64,000 nucleotides of DNA, from contig JBOHIC010000053.1 of the NCBI GenBank assembly GCA_050725835.1, positions 846 to 64,845 of the forward strand, read 5' to 3'. Below, in pieces: positions 10,089-23,890 of the stretch. Position 1 is the stretch's first letter. Each line of letters opens with the position of its first letter. The translations under genes were made by a program, and so were the position numbers. Under the pieces are notes generated by a model. It was not told the origin of the DNA, did no database searches, and worked only from the letters and a program-made list of their open reading frames with translations. This DNA comes from Novosphingobium sp. (GTDB taxonomy: Bacteria > Pseudomonadota > Alphaproteobacteria > Sphingomonadales > Sphingomonadaceae).

Positions 10089-12284
10089 CTAACGGTTGGT
10101 CACGACAATTCGACCAACGGCGTGCGCCGCCACTTCGGCGCGGGTGAAATGGACCGGCTTGAGTCCGTGGCGCACGAACAGTTCGGCCTGGTCGGCGTAG
10201 TGTTTGCTGGCGGGCCGGGTGGTGGCGGCGCCGTAGGGCTGGATCGATTGCGAGGTCACCGGACCGCCGCCCTTGGGCCATTCGACGAACATCAGGAAAC
10301 TGTCGCCGTGCTTGATCGACAGGCGCCCGTCTGGGTCGACGTTCCAGGTGGTCGCGGCGCGCAGTGTGTCGCCGCCGCCATCGGCGGGGAGATCGACCTT
10401 ACCCTGGCGGATGCGGATGACTTCGCCGAGCGGCGGATCGAGCCGGCCGAAGTATTTGACCAGATGCGTCGCCGCGTCGGTCAGCACCTCGCGCGGGCTG
10501 GGCGGGACGCGGTGGTTGTAGCTCGCGCTCATCACCGGCTTGAGCACCATCACCGCGAGTGCATCGGCCGGGCCCTTGCCGTCGGCGGTCCAGTCCCACC
10601 GCGCGAGCAGCGCCTGGGCCCTGGCCAGCGCGGGCTCGCGCGCCAGGTCGAGCGCGGCAATCCCGTCCATCGTCCATTTGACGTAGCCGGCGTTGTCATA
10701 GGCGGTATCGTATTTGATCGCTTCGAGCCGGGCGCGGCCGATCGGGCCGGGCTGGCTCAGCAGCCGCACGGCGCGGCGAGCGCGGTTGGTCATGTCGAAC
10801 TCGATCCCGAGCGCGGGGTCGAAGCCCGTGGGATCGAGTTCGCTACCCGGCCCGGCGGCGACGAAGGGCGTGTTGTTGGCGTTGAAGACGAAGCCCGACG
10901 CGGGGTTGATGACCTTGGGCACCACGCTCCACGGCGCCGCGCCCTGCCAGATCAGGTCGCTGCGGTCGCCCGGCAGGACACCGCGCCAGTCCACGGAAGC
11001 GTTCCGCGCCGGGAGCCGCGCGTTGTAGACGAAGGCGATGTTGCCGGCCTTGTCGGCGTAGACGAAGTTGGTCGCGGGCACGCCCTGCATCGCCATCGCC
11101 GCCTGCCACTCGGCGAAGTTGGTGGCCTTGGTCAGGCGGTAGTATTCGGTCAGCGCATCGAGCGTATCCATCCCTGCGTAGCGCAGCGCGAAAGCGCCGC
11201 GCGCGTTCTCGATCACCGGGCCGTGGGCCGAGCGCGCGACGACCTTGCGCACCGGCAAAACGAACGGTCCGAACCGCACCGGCAGCCACACCGTGGTCCG
11301 CTCGAGCGGGCGCCATTCGCCGTCGAGCCGGTAGGAATCGCCGTCTTCGCTCATCACCAGCTTGTAAACGTCGGCGAGGTCGGGCCGGTTGACCGTGTTG
11401 GTCCAGCCGAGGTGCTCGTTGTGGCCGAGGAAGGGATAGGGCGAACCCGGGAAGGTCGCCCCGGCGAAATGCCAGCCCTCATCGCTCTCGATCACCAGCT
11501 CGTACCACGCGACCCCGCCGCGGTAGGGCTGGTGCGAGTTCGAGACCAGCCGGGTGACCCCGTCGGGCGCGCGTTGCGGGGCGATAGCGAAGGCGTTTGA
11601 GCCGGCCAGCGCGCCGTCTTCGCCCATGTGGAGCGGAAGCGGCAGGCTGTCCCCGCCGCCTTGGTCCAGCTCCGGCTGGGGCTTGCCGTCGAGCGGCGCG
11701 CCGAAGTCGCGCACCGGCTCCTTGCCCTCGACCAACGGCTTGAGCACCCGGTCGATCGCCGCGAAGAATGGAAAGCGCAGCGCGAAGCCGGTCGCGATGT
11801 CCTCGCCGTTGAGCGGGAACAGCCGCGCCAGTTTCACTTCTTCCGGGTGACGCTTGGCGTAGAGGTTGAGCCCGCTGGCGTATGCGTCGAAGAGCGCGCG
11901 GGTCGCCGCCGGCTGCTCCGGGTAGAAGCGCCTCGCCTGCGCCCGTGCGGCGAACAGGTGATAGACGTAATCGACAGCCGCGCCTTCGGTCCCGGCCACC
12001 GCGCCGAAACGCCCGCGGGTCATCGCCGCGACGTCCTGGAGGGTGGAAAAGTCGTCTTCTGCGTGGGCCCAGGCGACCCCGAAGGCGACGTCGGCGTCGG
12101 TCTTGCCGTGGATGTGCGGCACCCCCCATTCGTCGCGGGTGATTTCGGCGGAATTGGCGCGCGGCGGCGGCGGCGGGCCGGGCTGCTCGGCGAAGTAGGG
12201 CTCCCAGCTCGCCAGCACCACCGCCACCAGCAGAATCGCCGCAAGCAGGCTCCAAACCGTTCGTCCGAGCCATTTGCGCCGCAT
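10089..12284 (-). CDS. Penicillin acylase / Ntn-hydrolase family amidase
   Basis: ITRDEWGVPHI, AFGVAWAHAED, beta-subunit start GSNAFAIAP, NSHQP, GHNEHLGWTNTVN; start placed at MRRKWLG (12284). Confidence 0.9.
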   Translation of the reverse strand: MRRKWLGRTVWSLLAAILLVAVVLASWEPYFAEQPGPPPPPRANSAEITRDEWGVPHIHGKTDADVAFGVAWAHAEDDFSTLQDVAAMTRGRFGAVAGTEGAAVDYVYHLFAARAQARRFYPEQPAATRALFDAYASGLNLYAKRHPEEVKLARLFPLNGEDIATGFALRFPFFAAIDRVLKPLVEGKEPVRDFGAPLDGKPQPELDQGGGDSLPLPLHMGEDGALAGSNAFAIAPQRAPDGVTRLVSNSHQPYRGGVAWYELVIESDEGWHFAGATFPGSPYPFLGHNEHLGWTNTVNRPDLADVYKLVMSEDGDSYRLDGEWRPLERTTVWLPVRFGPFVLPVRKVVARSAHGPVIENARGAFALRYAGMDTLDALTEYYRLTKATNFAEWQAAMAMQGVPATNFVYADKAGNIAFVYNARLPARNASVDWRGVLPGDRSDLIWQGAAPWSVVPKVINPASGFVFNANNTPFVAAGPGSELDPTGFDPALGIEFDMTNRARRAVRLLSQPGPIGRARLEAIKYDTAYDNAGYVKWTMDGIAALDLAREPALARAQALLARWDWTADGKGPADALAVMVLKPVMSASYNHRVPPSPREVLTDAATHLVKYFGRLDPPLGEVIRIRQGKVDLPADGGGDTLRAATTWNVDPDGRLSIKHGDSFLMFVEWPKGGGPVTSQSIQPYGAATTRPASKHYADQAELFVRHGLKPVHFTRAEVAAHAVGRIVVTNR

Positions 12285-12483
12285 GCTTACCCCTCCGCCA
12301 AGCTCGCTGGGTAACCGCCGCGCAACCATTGCGATAGTCAAAAGGGCGCAGCGATGCGAAAGTTGCGCGCGGGGGAAAATTCTGCCGCGTTCCGTCTCTG
12401 AAGCCTCGACAGCGCCGATTCGCACGATAGTCTCCCCGCCATCGCGCCGCAGCGACGGCGGAACCAAGGAAGAGGACACCCGC

Positions 12484-13605
12484 ATGCACTTCAAGATCGC
12501 CGCGACGATCGCCGCACTTCCGCTGCTGGCGCTGGCCACTCCGGCTTCCGCCCAGGCCCGGGGCGAAAAAATCGCCAACAGCTACATCTGCGTGTTCAAG
12601 AACGCCGCGGTTGCCCGCGGCAATGTCGCCGCCGAAGCCAATCGCTCGGCAAGCGCTGGCGGCGGCCAGGTCGGCCACGTCTACGAGAACGCGATCAAGG
12701 GCTTCTCGGTCAACGCCTCGGCGCAAGGCGTGGCGATGATGCGCGCCCACAACCCGAACATCGCCTATTGCGAGCAGGATCAGGTCGTCGCGCTGGTCGA
12801 CAGCGTCAACGGCAAGGGCAAGCCCGGTGGCGGCACGACCCAGCCGCCGCAGACCACCCCATGGGGCATCACCCGCGTCGGCGGCGGCGTCGGTGGGGCG
12901 ACGGGCACCGCATGGGTGATCGATACCGGGATTGATTACACCCACCCCGACCTCAACGTGGATACGGTGCGCAGCCGGACGTTCCTGGGCGCGAGAACCA
13001 AGCCCAACGACGAAAATGGCCATGGCACGCATGTCGCCGGCACAATCGGCGCGTACGACAACGCGATCGGGGTGATCGGCGTCGCTCCCGGCGTCAGGGT
13101 GGTCGCGGTGCGCGTACTCGGCCGCACCGGCAGCGGCACCACCTCGGGGGTCGTCGCAGGAATCGACTATGTCGCCGGCGCGGGCAGCCCGGGCGATGTC
13201 GCCAACATGAGCCTCGGTGGCGGGGCTAGCAGCGCGCTCGACACCGCGGTGGTCAATGCCGCCGCGGGCGGGATTCGTTTCGCGCTCGCCGCGGGCAACG
13301 AGACCGACGACGCCAATAACCATTCGCCGGCGCGCGCCAACGGACCCAACGTCTTCACCGTCTCCGCTTTCGCGCAGGGCGACACCTTCGCCAGCTTCTC
13401 GAACTACGGCAATCCGCCGATCGAGTTCTCCGAACCGGGCGTGGCGGTCAAATCGACCTGGCTGAATGGCGGCTACAACACGATCAGCGGCACCTCGATG
13501 GCGACGCCGCACCTCGCCGGGCTGCTCCTGCTCGGGCAGGTCCGCGATGGCGGCAGCGTCACTGGCGATCGCGACAATACGCCGGACACCATCGGCGTAC
13601 ACTGA
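12484..13605 (+). CDS. Secreted subtilisin-like S8 serine protease with I9-type propeptide
   Basis: Catalytic triad motifs VIDTGID, HGTHVAG, GTSMATPH; VANMSLGG; signal peptide. Confidence 0.95.
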   Translation: MHFKIAATIAALPLLALATPASAQARGEKIANSYICVFKNAAVARGNVAAEANRSASAGGGQVGHVYENAIKGFSVNASAQGVAMMRAHNPNIAYCEQDQVVALVDSVNGKGKPGGGTTQPPQTTPWGITRVGGGVGGATGTAWVIDTGIDYTHPDLNVDTVRSRTFLGARTKPNDENGHGTHVAGTIGAYDNAIGVIGVAPGVRVVAVRVLGRTGSGTTSGVVAGIDYVAGAGSPGDVANMSLGGGASSALDTAVVNAAAGGIRFALAAGNETDDANNHSPARANGPNVFTVSAFAQGDTFASFSNYGNPPIEFSEPGVAVKSTWLNGGYNTISGTSMATPHLAGLLLLGQVRDGGSVTGDRDNTPDTIGVH

Positions 13606-13627
13606 GGGGGACCAGCGTACGCACACG

Positions 13628-13662
13628 AAAGGGCGGCCCGGCAACGGGCCGCCCTTTTTGTT
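13628..13662 (+). terminator. Intrinsic terminator (potentially bidirectional)
   Basis: AAAGGGCGGCCCG-GCAA-CGGGCCGCCCTTT followed by TTGTT. Confidence 0.85.
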
Positions 13663-13672
13663 GCGCACGGGG

Positions 13673-13701
13673 CTTGTGTGGCCAAACCGCCACACTACCT
13701 T
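13673..13701 (+). promoter_or_regulatory. Possible RpoH (sigma32)-type promoter of clpB
   Basis: CTTG-N17-ACTACCT about 30 bp upstream of the clpB ATG; loosely matches the alphaproteobacterial CTTG...CCTATAT consensus. Confidence 0.35.
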
Positions 13702-13728
13702 GCGGTGTAGCAGCAGGATGACACACCG

Positions 13729-16308
13729 ATGAATCTCGAGAAATTCACCGACCGCGCCAAAGGCTTCCTCCAGTCGGCGCAGACCGTCGCGGTGCGGATG
13801 AACCACCAGCGGATCACGCCGGAACACGTGCTCAAGGCGCTGCTCGAGGATGGCGAGGGCATGGCCGCCGGGCTGATCCAGCGCGCCGGTGGCAACCCGC
13901 AGGTCGCGCAGGCCGAGGTCGACAAGGCGCTGGCGAAGATCCCGGCGGTGACCGGCGGATCGCAGCAGGCGCCGGGGCTCGAGAGCGACGCGGTGCGGGT
14001 GCTCGACCAGGCCGAGCAGATCGCCGCCAAGGCGGGGGACAGCTTCGTTTCGGTCCAGCGGATGCTCCAGGCGCTGGCGCTCGGCGCGACCAATCCGGCT
14101 GGGCAGGCGCTCAAGGCGGCCAAAGTCGATCCCAAAGCGCTCGAAGCGGCGATTGCCGAGCTCACCGGCGGGCGCAGCGCCGACAGCGCCAGCGCCGAAA
14201 ACGCTTACGAGGCGATGAAGAAATACGCCCGCGATCTCACCCAGGCGGCGCGCGACGGCAAGCTCGATCCGGTGATCGGCCGCGACGAGGAAATCCGCCG
14301 CACCATCCAGATCCTGGCTCGCCGGACCAAGAACAACCCTGCGCTGATCGGCGAACCCGGGGTGGGCAAGACCGCCATCGCCGAAGGTCTGGCGCTGCGC
14401 ATCGCCAACGGCGACGTCCCCGACAGCCTCAAGGACCGCCGCCTGATGTCGCTCGACATGGGCAGCCTGATCGCCGGGGCGAAGTATCGCGGTGAGTTCG
14501 AGGAGCGGCTCAAGGCCGTGCTCGACGAGGTCAAGGGCGCCGGCGGCGAGATCGTCCTGTTCATCGACGAGATGCACACGCTGATCGGGGCGGGAAAGAG
14601 CGAAGGCGCGATGGACGCGTCGAACCTGCTCAAGCCCGCGCTGGCGCGCGGCGAGCTGCACTGCATCGGCGCGACCACGCTCGACGAGTACCAGAAGCAC
14701 GTCGAGAAGGACCCGGCGCTGCAGCGGCGGTTCCAACCGGTGTTCGTCGGCGAGCCGACGGTCGAGGACACGATTTCGATCCTGCGCGGGCTCAAGGAGA
14801 AGTACGAGCTGCACCACGGGGTGCGGATCGCCGACAACGCGCTGGTCTCGGCCGCGACGCTTTCCAACCGCTACATTTCCGACCGCTTCCTCCCCGACAA
14901 GGCGATCGACCTGATGGACGAGGCGGCGAGCCGGATCCGGATGGAGGTCGAGTCCAAGCCCGAGGAGATCGAGGGGCTCGACCGGCGGATCATCCAGCTC
15001 AAGATCGAGGAGCTGGCGCTGGGCAAGGAGACCGACCAAGCGAGCAAGGATCGGCTCGCTACACTGCGCGCCGAACTCGGCAACCTCGAGCAGCAGTCGG
15101 CCGAGCTGACCACGCGCTGGCAGACCGAGCGCGACCGCATTGCCGCCGAGGGCAAGATCAAGGAAGCGCTCGACGCCGCCCGGCTCGAGCTCGAGCAGGC
15201 GCAGCGCCAAGGCGATCTCGCCAAGGCCGGCGAGCTGTCCTATGGGCGCATCCCCGAGCTCGAGAAGCAGCTCGCCGAGGCCGACGCCGCGGAGAAGGGC
15301 AATGTCCTGCTGCGCGAGGAAGTCACCGCCGACGATATCGCCGGGGTGGTCAGCCGCTGGACCGGAATTCCGGTCGACCGGATGATGGAGGGCGAGCGCG
15401 AGAAGCTGCTCAAGATGGAAGAGGCGATCGGCAAGCGGGTGATCGGGCAGTCCGATGCGGTAGTTGCGGTCTCGAAAGCGGTGCGCCGCGCCCGCGCCGG
15501 CTTGCAGGACCCCAACCGGCCGCTCGGCTCGTTCCTGTTTCTTGGGCCCACCGGGGTCGGCAAGACCGAGCTGACCAAGGCGCTCGCCGGGTTCCTGTTC
15601 GACGACGAGCACGCGATGGTCCGGATCGACATGAGCGAATTCATGGAGAAGCACTCGGTCGCCCGGCTGATCGGCGCGCCGCCGGGCTACGTCGGCTACG
15701 AGGAGGGCGGGGTGCTGACCGAGGCCGTGCGCCGCCGGCCCTACCAGGTTGTGCTGTTCGACGAGGTCGAGAAGGCCCACGCCGACGTGTTCAACGTCCT
15801 GCTCCAGGTGCTCGACGACGGGCGGCTGACCGACGGGCAGGGCCGCCAGGTCGATTTCACCAACACCCTGATCATCCTCACCAGCAACCTCGGCAGCCAG
15901 TTCCTCGCGGGACTGGACGAGGGGCAGGATGTCGAACTGGTCGAACCGCAGGTGATGGAGGTCGTCCGCGGCCATTTTCGCCCCGAATTCCTCAACCGGC
16001 TCGACGAGATCATCCTGTTTCACCGCCTCGGGGTCGAGCACATGGCGCCGATCGTCGAAATCCAGGTCGGGCGCGTCGCGAGCTTGCTCAAGGACCGCAA
16101 GATCGGGCTCGATCTCACCGACGCGGCCAAGCGTTGGCTCGGCCGGGTCGGCTACGATCCGGTTTACGGCGCGCGGCCACTCAAGCGCGCGGTGCAACGT
16201 TACCTGCAGGACCCGCTCGCGGAAAAGCTGCTCGCCGGCGAGATCCCCGACGGCAGCACGGTCAAGATCGACGAGGGCGACGGCGCGCTGAAGTTCGTTC
16301 GGGCCTAA
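13729..16308 (+). CDS. clpB: ATP-dependent chaperone ClpB
   Basis: Two Walker A motifs ([16 protein letters not shown]), [10 protein letters not shown], coiled-coil M domain, [10 protein letters not shown]. Confidence 0.98.
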   Translation: MNLEKFTDRAKGFLQSAQTVAVRMNHQRITPEHVLKALLEDGEGMAAGLIQRAGGNPQVAQAEVDKALAKIPAVTGGSQQAPGLESDAVRVLDQAEQIAAKAGDSFVSVQRMLQALALGATNPAGQALKAAKVDPKALEAAIAELTGGRSADSASAENAYEAMKKYARDLTQAARDGKLDPVIGRDEEIRRTIQILARRTKNNPALIGEPGVGKTAIAEGLALRIANGDVPDSLKDRRLMSLDMGSLIAGAKYRGEFEERLKAVLDEVKGAGGEIVLFIDEMHTLIGAGKSEGAMDASNLLKPALARGELHCIGATTLDEYQKHVEKDPALQRRFQPVFVGEPTVEDTISILRGLKEKYELHHGVRIADNALVSAATLSNRYISDRFLPDKAIDLMDEAASRIRMEVESKPEEIEGLDRRIIQLKIEELALGKETDQASKDRLATLRAELGNLEQQSAELTTRWQTERDRIAAEGKIKEALDAARLELEQAQRQGDLAKAGELSYGRIPELEKQLAEADAAEKGNVLLREEVTADDIAGVVSRWTGIPVDRMMEGEREKLLKMEEAIGKRVIGQSDAVVAVSKAVRRARAGLQDPNRPLGSFLFLGPTGVGKTELTKALAGFLFDDEHAMVRIDMSEFMEKHSVARLIGAPPGYVGYEEGGVLTEAVRRRPYQVVLFDEVEKAHADVFNVLLQVLDDGRLTDGQGRQVDFTNTLIILTSNLGSQFLAGLDEGQDVELVEPQVMEVVRGHFRPEFLNRLDEIILFHRLGVEHMAPIVEIQVGRVASLLKDRKIGLDLTDAAKRWLGRVGYDPVYGARPLKRAVQRYLQDPLAEKLLAGEIPDGSTVKIDEGDGALKFVRA

Positions 16309-17282
16309 CCCCGCCGGAGCAGGTGCTCGGGCGGTCGCGGGGGTTCGAAATCCTCGCGCCGCCAGATCGGATCGGCGGGTTCCTCGGGATCGGGAATGGC
16401 GAAGTCGAGATAGCCGAAATAGGTCGCGATGCGCCGCTCGGCCGCGTCGAGGATCGCGGTGCGGCCATGCATGAAGCGCGTGTTGTCGAGCATCAACACG
16501 TCGCCGGCCTGCCAATCGACCGCCAGCGCCAGGCGGTCGCCGGTGGCCTTGATCGCCTGGAGCCAGGCTTCGGGAACGGGGCGCAGATCGTCGAGCAGGG
16601 GGAAATTTGGGCGTCCGTTGTTGAACCGGGCGAATAGCAGGAAGTTGCCGAAGGCGGGTTCCTCCGCAAACATCGGCTTGTGCAACGCGGGCCGTGAAAA
16701 ATGGCGGACGATGCGTCCGTCGGAGGACCGGATGAACCGGTAAGGACAGCCCGCCGGAGGGCTTTGCAGCAAAGCGTCATCGGGCTGGGCGGCGCCAAGC
16801 CAGTACTCGAGCAGCTCGGGCCAGACGCCCTTGATATAGACCAGCCGCCGCCCGCTCAGCCCGGCGCGGACCTCCTCGGGCAGTTTGCGAGCCAGGTCGA
16901 TCCCGTCGCAGATCGTGGTCTGGCCGCCCAGCGAAGGCGCGGACAGGCAGCCGAAGAACGCTACGTCGGGCTTCCACGGCTCGCGCGACAGCTCGGGGTG
17001 GAGCGAGAAGGCGTTGGTCCCGCCGTCGACCGAATAGACCGAATGCGCCGGATCGAGCGGAGTGCGGCCGGGGCTCTCGTTGACCACGGCGGTGCGGCAA
17101 AACCCCTGCGCGAAGGCGCGAAACGTGGCGAGGTCCGCACCGAACCCGCGCAGCAACAGCGCGCCATGCTGCTTGTAAGCCGCAACCACGTCCGCGCGGT
17201 CGCAATCGAGCAGCGAGGCTTCCCCGGCGGACTCGACCAGCACGAGCGGGCGACCGGGCTGGGGCGGGGTAAACACGGCCAT
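16305..17282 (-). CDS. TauD/TfdA family Fe(II)/2-oxoglutarate dioxygenase
   Basis: HPE (HxD/E) motif, GGQTTICDG, WQAGDVLMLDNTRFMHGR. Confidence 0.88.
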   Translation of the reverse strand: MAVFTPPQPGRPLVLVESAGEASLLDCDRADVVAAYKQHGALLLRGFGADLATFRAFAQGFCRTAVVNESPGRTPLDPAHSVYSVDGGTNAFSLHPELSREPWKPDVAFFGCLSAPSLGGQTTICDGIDLARKLPEEVRAGLSGRRLVYIKGVWPELLEYWLGAAQPDDALLQSPPAGCPYRFIRSSDGRIVRHFSRPALHKPMFAEEPAFGNFLLFARFNNGRPNFPLLDDLRPVPEAWLQAIKATGDRLALAVDWQAGDVLMLDNTRFMHGRTAILDAAERRIATYFGYLDFAIPDPEEPADPIWRREDFEPPRPPEHLLRRG

Positions 17283-17332
17283 GGTGCTTCCGCCGATAGC
17301 CGAGCCGACCGGGCCAAGCTATAGCTTCGGCG

Positions 17333-18313
17333 ATGACGCCGCTCACCCAGATCGCAGGTTCGCCCGACAGTTACCTCCACTCGTTCGAAGGGACGCAGGC
17401 GGTGATCGTGCCGATGGACCGCGCTGCCTATCGCCGCTCGATTTTTCTCGATCGGCGGATATCGCCCGCGGACGAAAAGCTGGTGCGGGTCGATGCCGGG
17501 CAGCTCGGCGCGGCCGCTCCGGCGCCGCAGCCGGCGCACTGGATTTTCCATGTCGCGCACTGCGGCTCGACCCTGCTCGCCCGGGCGCTCGAGGCGCTCG
17601 CCCCCGGCGATAGCGGAGGCCTGGTGCTGCGCGAGCCGCTGGCGCTGCGCCAGCTCGCGCTCGCGCCCGACCCGTCTCGGCTGCGCCTCGCGCTCGGAAT
17701 GCTGACCCGGCGCTACCCCGGGGCAGCCGAGACCGTGATCAAGGCCAACGTTCCGGTCAACTTCATGCTCGGCGAGATTGCAGCGGCGGGCGCAGTGGAC
17801 TGCGCGCTCGTGCTCTATTGCGGGCTTGAGGACTATCTCGCAGCGATCCTGCGGAGCGACAACCACCGGGCCTGGCTGCGCAACGTCACCTGTCTGCTCG
17901 CCGCGCATTTTGGCGACACTTCGGGGCTGAGCGACGGCGAACTCGGTGCGACGCTGTGGATCGAACAGATGCGGCGCTTCGCCGGACTTATCGCGGCTCG
18001 CCCGGAAACTCGCAGCCTCGATGCCGAGGTCCTGTTCGCTTCGCCCGCGCGTGCGCTGCGCGGGGTCTCCGACCACTTGCGCCTCGATTGCGGCGACGAG
18101 CAGATCGCCGAACTCACCACCGGACCCTTGTTCTCGACCTATTCGAAAAGCCCCGCGCACGCGTTCGACAATGCCGCAAGACTGGCGCGGCGCGAAGCGC
18201 TGGGCCCGGCGATCGGCGCCGATATCGCACAGGCCCATGCCTGGATTGCGCGCCACGCGGCGGACGCCGAGGCGGTCACCGGCGCGGTCGGCGCGGCGGC
18301 GGTCGAAGCCTGA
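17333..18313 (+). CDS. Sulfotransferase-like P-loop protein
   Basis: WIFHVAHCGSTLLARAL resembles the PAPS-binding loop; LREP and VIKAN motifs follow. Function is inferred. Confidence 0.6.
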   Translation: MTPLTQIAGSPDSYLHSFEGTQAVIVPMDRAAYRRSIFLDRRISPADEKLVRVDAGQLGAAAPAPQPAHWIFHVAHCGSTLLARALEALAPGDSGGLVLREPLALRQLALAPDPSRLRLALGMLTRRYPGAAETVIKANVPVNFMLGEIAAAGAVDCALVLYCGLEDYLAAILRSDNHRAWLRNVTCLLAAHFGDTSGLSDGELGATLWIEQMRRFAGLIAARPETRSLDAEVLFASPARALRGVSDHLRLDCGDEQIAELTTGPLFSTYSKSPAHAFDNAARLARREALGPAIGADIAQAHAWIARHAADAEAVTGAVGAAAVEA

Positions 18314-18331
18314 AAGGGCTGACCTGCTGAC

Positions 18332-18368
18332 AAAAGGAGGGGGCGGCGAAGTTGCCCTCGCCGCCCCC
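18332..18368 (-). terminator. Terminator after the TonB-dependent receptor
   Basis: GGGGGCGGCGA-loop-TCGCCGCCCCC stem followed by TCCTTTTG on the minus strand. Confidence 0.7.
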
Positions 18369-18391
18369 GAATTTCGTAGTCCGGTCGAGCC

Positions 18392-21595
<3,204 letters not shown>

Positions 21596-21865
21596 GGTGT
21601 CGTCCCCTTGCATCGGCGCCCGCGAGAATGCGCGGACGTCGAACCGGACGAAGGAACCCCAAGGCAAACGCACAAGCTCACCCGGCCGGTCCCCTCGGCC
21701 GCAGATGCGTGATGGATGTGCGAAACGCGGCTCGCTTTCAATGGCAAAGCGGAAGTTTCGACAGTTTCGTTCTCGCTGTGGCAATTCAACAACAGCGCGG
21801 CGCAAGCCCGCGCGATTCGTTTCGCCTGAAACCGGTTGGACTGCTTGACGCTGGGCCGGGGGCCG

Positions 21866-21883
21866 TTTAATCGAGCGGTTAAA
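21866..21883 (+). promoter_or_regulatory. Palindromic operator overlapping the predicted -10 of the thiolase operon
   Basis: TTTAATCGAGCGGTTAAA; TTGACG (-35-like) at 21845-21850; near-identical copy at 54849-54866. Confidence 0.65.
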
Positions 21884-21905
21884 TTCGTTTCGAAGGACAT
21901 GAGAC

Positions 21906-23078
21906 ATGCCGACAGCCTATATTGTCGATGCAGTGCGCACCGCGGGCGGGAAGCGCGGCGGACGGGTCGCCGGTGTCCACCCGGTCGATCTCGCCGCGGC
22001 CTCGCTCGATGCGCTGGTGGCGCGCACCGGGGTCGATCCGGCGGCGGTCGAGGACGTGGTGATGGGCTGCGTCGGGCAGGGCGGCGAGCAGGCGATGCAG
22101 GTCGGGCGCAACGCGGTGCTGGCCTCCAAAGTGCTGCCGCAATCGACCCCCGCGGTGACCATCGACCGCCAGTGCGGCTCCTCGCAGCAGGCGATCCAGT
22201 TCGCCGCGCAGGCGGTGATGAGCGGAACCCAGGACGTGGTGATCGCCGCGGGGGTCGAGAGCATGACCCGCGTGCCGATGGGCTCGACCGCGATGTTCCA
22301 CATGAAGGAGGGGCTGGGCCACTACAAGTCGGCCGGGCTCGAGGAGAAATATCCCGGCATCCGCTGGTCGCAGTTCACGGGCGCCGAGATGCTGGTGACG
22401 AAGCACGGTCTGTCCAAGGACGACCTCGACCGCTTCGCACTGGCGAGCCACCAGAAGGCCGCCGCGGCGACCGAGGCCGAGGCGTTCCGCGACGAGATCG
22501 TTCCGATCGAGGTCGAGACCCCCGAAGGCAAGGTCTGGCACACGGTCGACGAGGGCATCCGCTTCGGCGCGACGCTCGAAGGGATCGCCGGGGTCAAGCT
22601 GCTCTCGGAGGACGGCGCGCTGACCGCGGCGACTTCGAGCCAGATTTGTGATGGGTCGTCGGCGGCGCTGGTGGTCTCGGAGGAGGCGCTCAAGCGCTAC
22701 GGGCTGACCCCGCTGGCGCGGGTGCACAATCTCACCGTCACCGCCGGCGATCCGGTGATCATGCTCGAAGAGCCGCTGTTCGCCACCGACCGCGCGCTCC
22801 AGCGCGCCGGGATGAAAATCGGCGACATCGACCTGTTCGAAGTCAACGAGGCCTTCGCCTCGGTCCCGCTCGCCTGGCTCAAACACACCGGGGCAGACCC
22901 GGCCAGGCTCAACGTCAATGGCGGGGCGATCGCGCTGGGCCACCCGCTCGGCGCCTCGGGGACCAAGCTGATGGCGACGCTGCTCCATGCGCTCAAGGCG
23001 CGCGGGCTCAAATACGGTTTGCAGACGATGTGCGAGGGCGGCGGCGTCGCCAACGTCACGATTGTCGAGATGGTTTGA
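21906..23078 (+). CDS. Acetyl-CoA C-acyltransferase (thiolase)
   Basis: TIDRQCGSS (active Cys), EVNEAFA, NVNGGAIALGHPLGASG, TMCEGGG. Confidence 0.95.
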   Translation: MPTAYIVDAVRTAGGKRGGRVAGVHPVDLAAASLDALVARTGVDPAAVEDVVMGCVGQGGEQAMQVGRNAVLASKVLPQSTPAVTIDRQCGSSQQAIQFAAQAVMSGTQDVVIAAGVESMTRVPMGSTAMFHMKEGLGHYKSAGLEEKYPGIRWSQFTGAEMLVTKHGLSKDDLDRFALASHQKAAAATEAEAFRDEIVPIEVETPEGKVWHTVDEGIRFGATLEGIAGVKLLSEDGALTAATSSQICDGSSAALVVSEEALKRYGLTPLARVHNLTVTAGDPVIMLEEPLFATDRALQRAGMKIGDIDLFEVNEAFASVPLAWLKHTGADPARLNVNGGAIALGHPLGASGTKLMATLLHALKARGLKYGLQTMCEGGGVANVTIVEMV

Positions 23079-23091
23079 ACGGAGATTTACA

Positions 23092-23877
23092 ATGAAGCTC
23101 GATAACACCGTCGCCGCCGTGGTCACCGGCGGGGCATCCGGCCTTGGCGCCGCAACCGCCCGCGCGCTTGCCGCCAAGGGGGTCAAGGTCGCGCTGTTCG
23201 ACCTGCAGAAGGACAAGGGCGAAGCGGTCGCGGCCGAGATCGGGGGCACGTTCTGCGAGGTCAACGTGACCAGCGACGAGAGCGTCGCCGCCGGCTTCGC
23301 CAAGGCGCGCGAGGCTCACGGGCAGGAGCGCGTGCTGGTCTGCTGCGCGGGCACCGGCGCGGCGATGAAGACCGCCAGCCGGAGCAAGGAAGACGGCTCG
23401 ATCAAGTTCTATCCGCCGAGCGCGTTCGACTGGCTGATCCAGATCAATTTGGTGGGCACCTTCCGCTGCGTCGCGATGTCGGCGGCGGGGATGATGAGCC
23501 TCGATCCCTGCACCGAGGACGGCGAACGCGGGGCGATCGTCAACACCGCCAGCGTCGCGGGCGAGGACGGGCAGATGGGCCAGGTCGCCTATTCGGCCTC
23601 GAAGGCCGGGGTGATCGGGATGACGCTCCCCATCGCGCGCGACCTGATGAGCGAGGGGATCCGGGTGAACACGATCCTCCCGGGGATTTTCGAGACCCCG
23701 CTGATGCTCGGCGCGCCGCAGCAAGTGAAGGATGCGCTGGCCGCCTCGGTGCCGTTCCCCAAACGGTTGGGCAAGCCTGAGGAATACGCCGGGCTGGCGC
23801 TGACCATGATCGAGAACTCGTACTTCAACGGCGAGGACGTGCGCCTCGACGGGGCGATCCGCATGGCGCCTCGTTAA
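23092..23877 (+). CDS. SDR family 3-hydroxyacyl-CoA dehydrogenase (type II, HSD17B10-like)
   Basis: VVTGGASGLG, IVNTASVA, YSASKAG, TLPIARDL, YFNGEDVRLDGAIRM. Confidence 0.92.
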   Translation: MKLDNTVAAVVTGGASGLGAATARALAAKGVKVALFDLQKDKGEAVAAEIGGTFCEVNVTSDESVAAGFAKAREAHGQERVLVCCAGTGAAMKTASRSKEDGSIKFYPPSAFDWLIQINLVGTFRCVAMSAAGMMSLDPCTEDGERGAIVNTASVAGEDGQMGQVAYSASKAGVIGMTLPIARDLMSEGIRVNTILPGIFETPLMLGAPQQVKDALAASVPFPKRLGKPEEYAGLALTMIENSYFNGEDVRLDGAIRMAPR

Positions 23878-23890
23878 GGAGTTTGGGCTG

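Noticed and set aside
11479-16515. 1678-aa minus-strand ORF, and similar long ORFs at 3216-5195, 8349-10058, 33925-36072 and 60225-62990
   Set aside because: Antisense or off-frame shadows of real genes (clpB, gatB, M16 peptidase, cpa genes, sucA/sucD). These are expected in high-GC DNA with few stop codons, and they have no recognisable motifs.
21721-21892. Several GTTTCG/CGAAAC hexamers and two ATTCGTTTCG copies in the receptor-thiolase intergenic region
   Set aside because: Irregular spacing and short length; cannot be distinguished from chance without conservation data.
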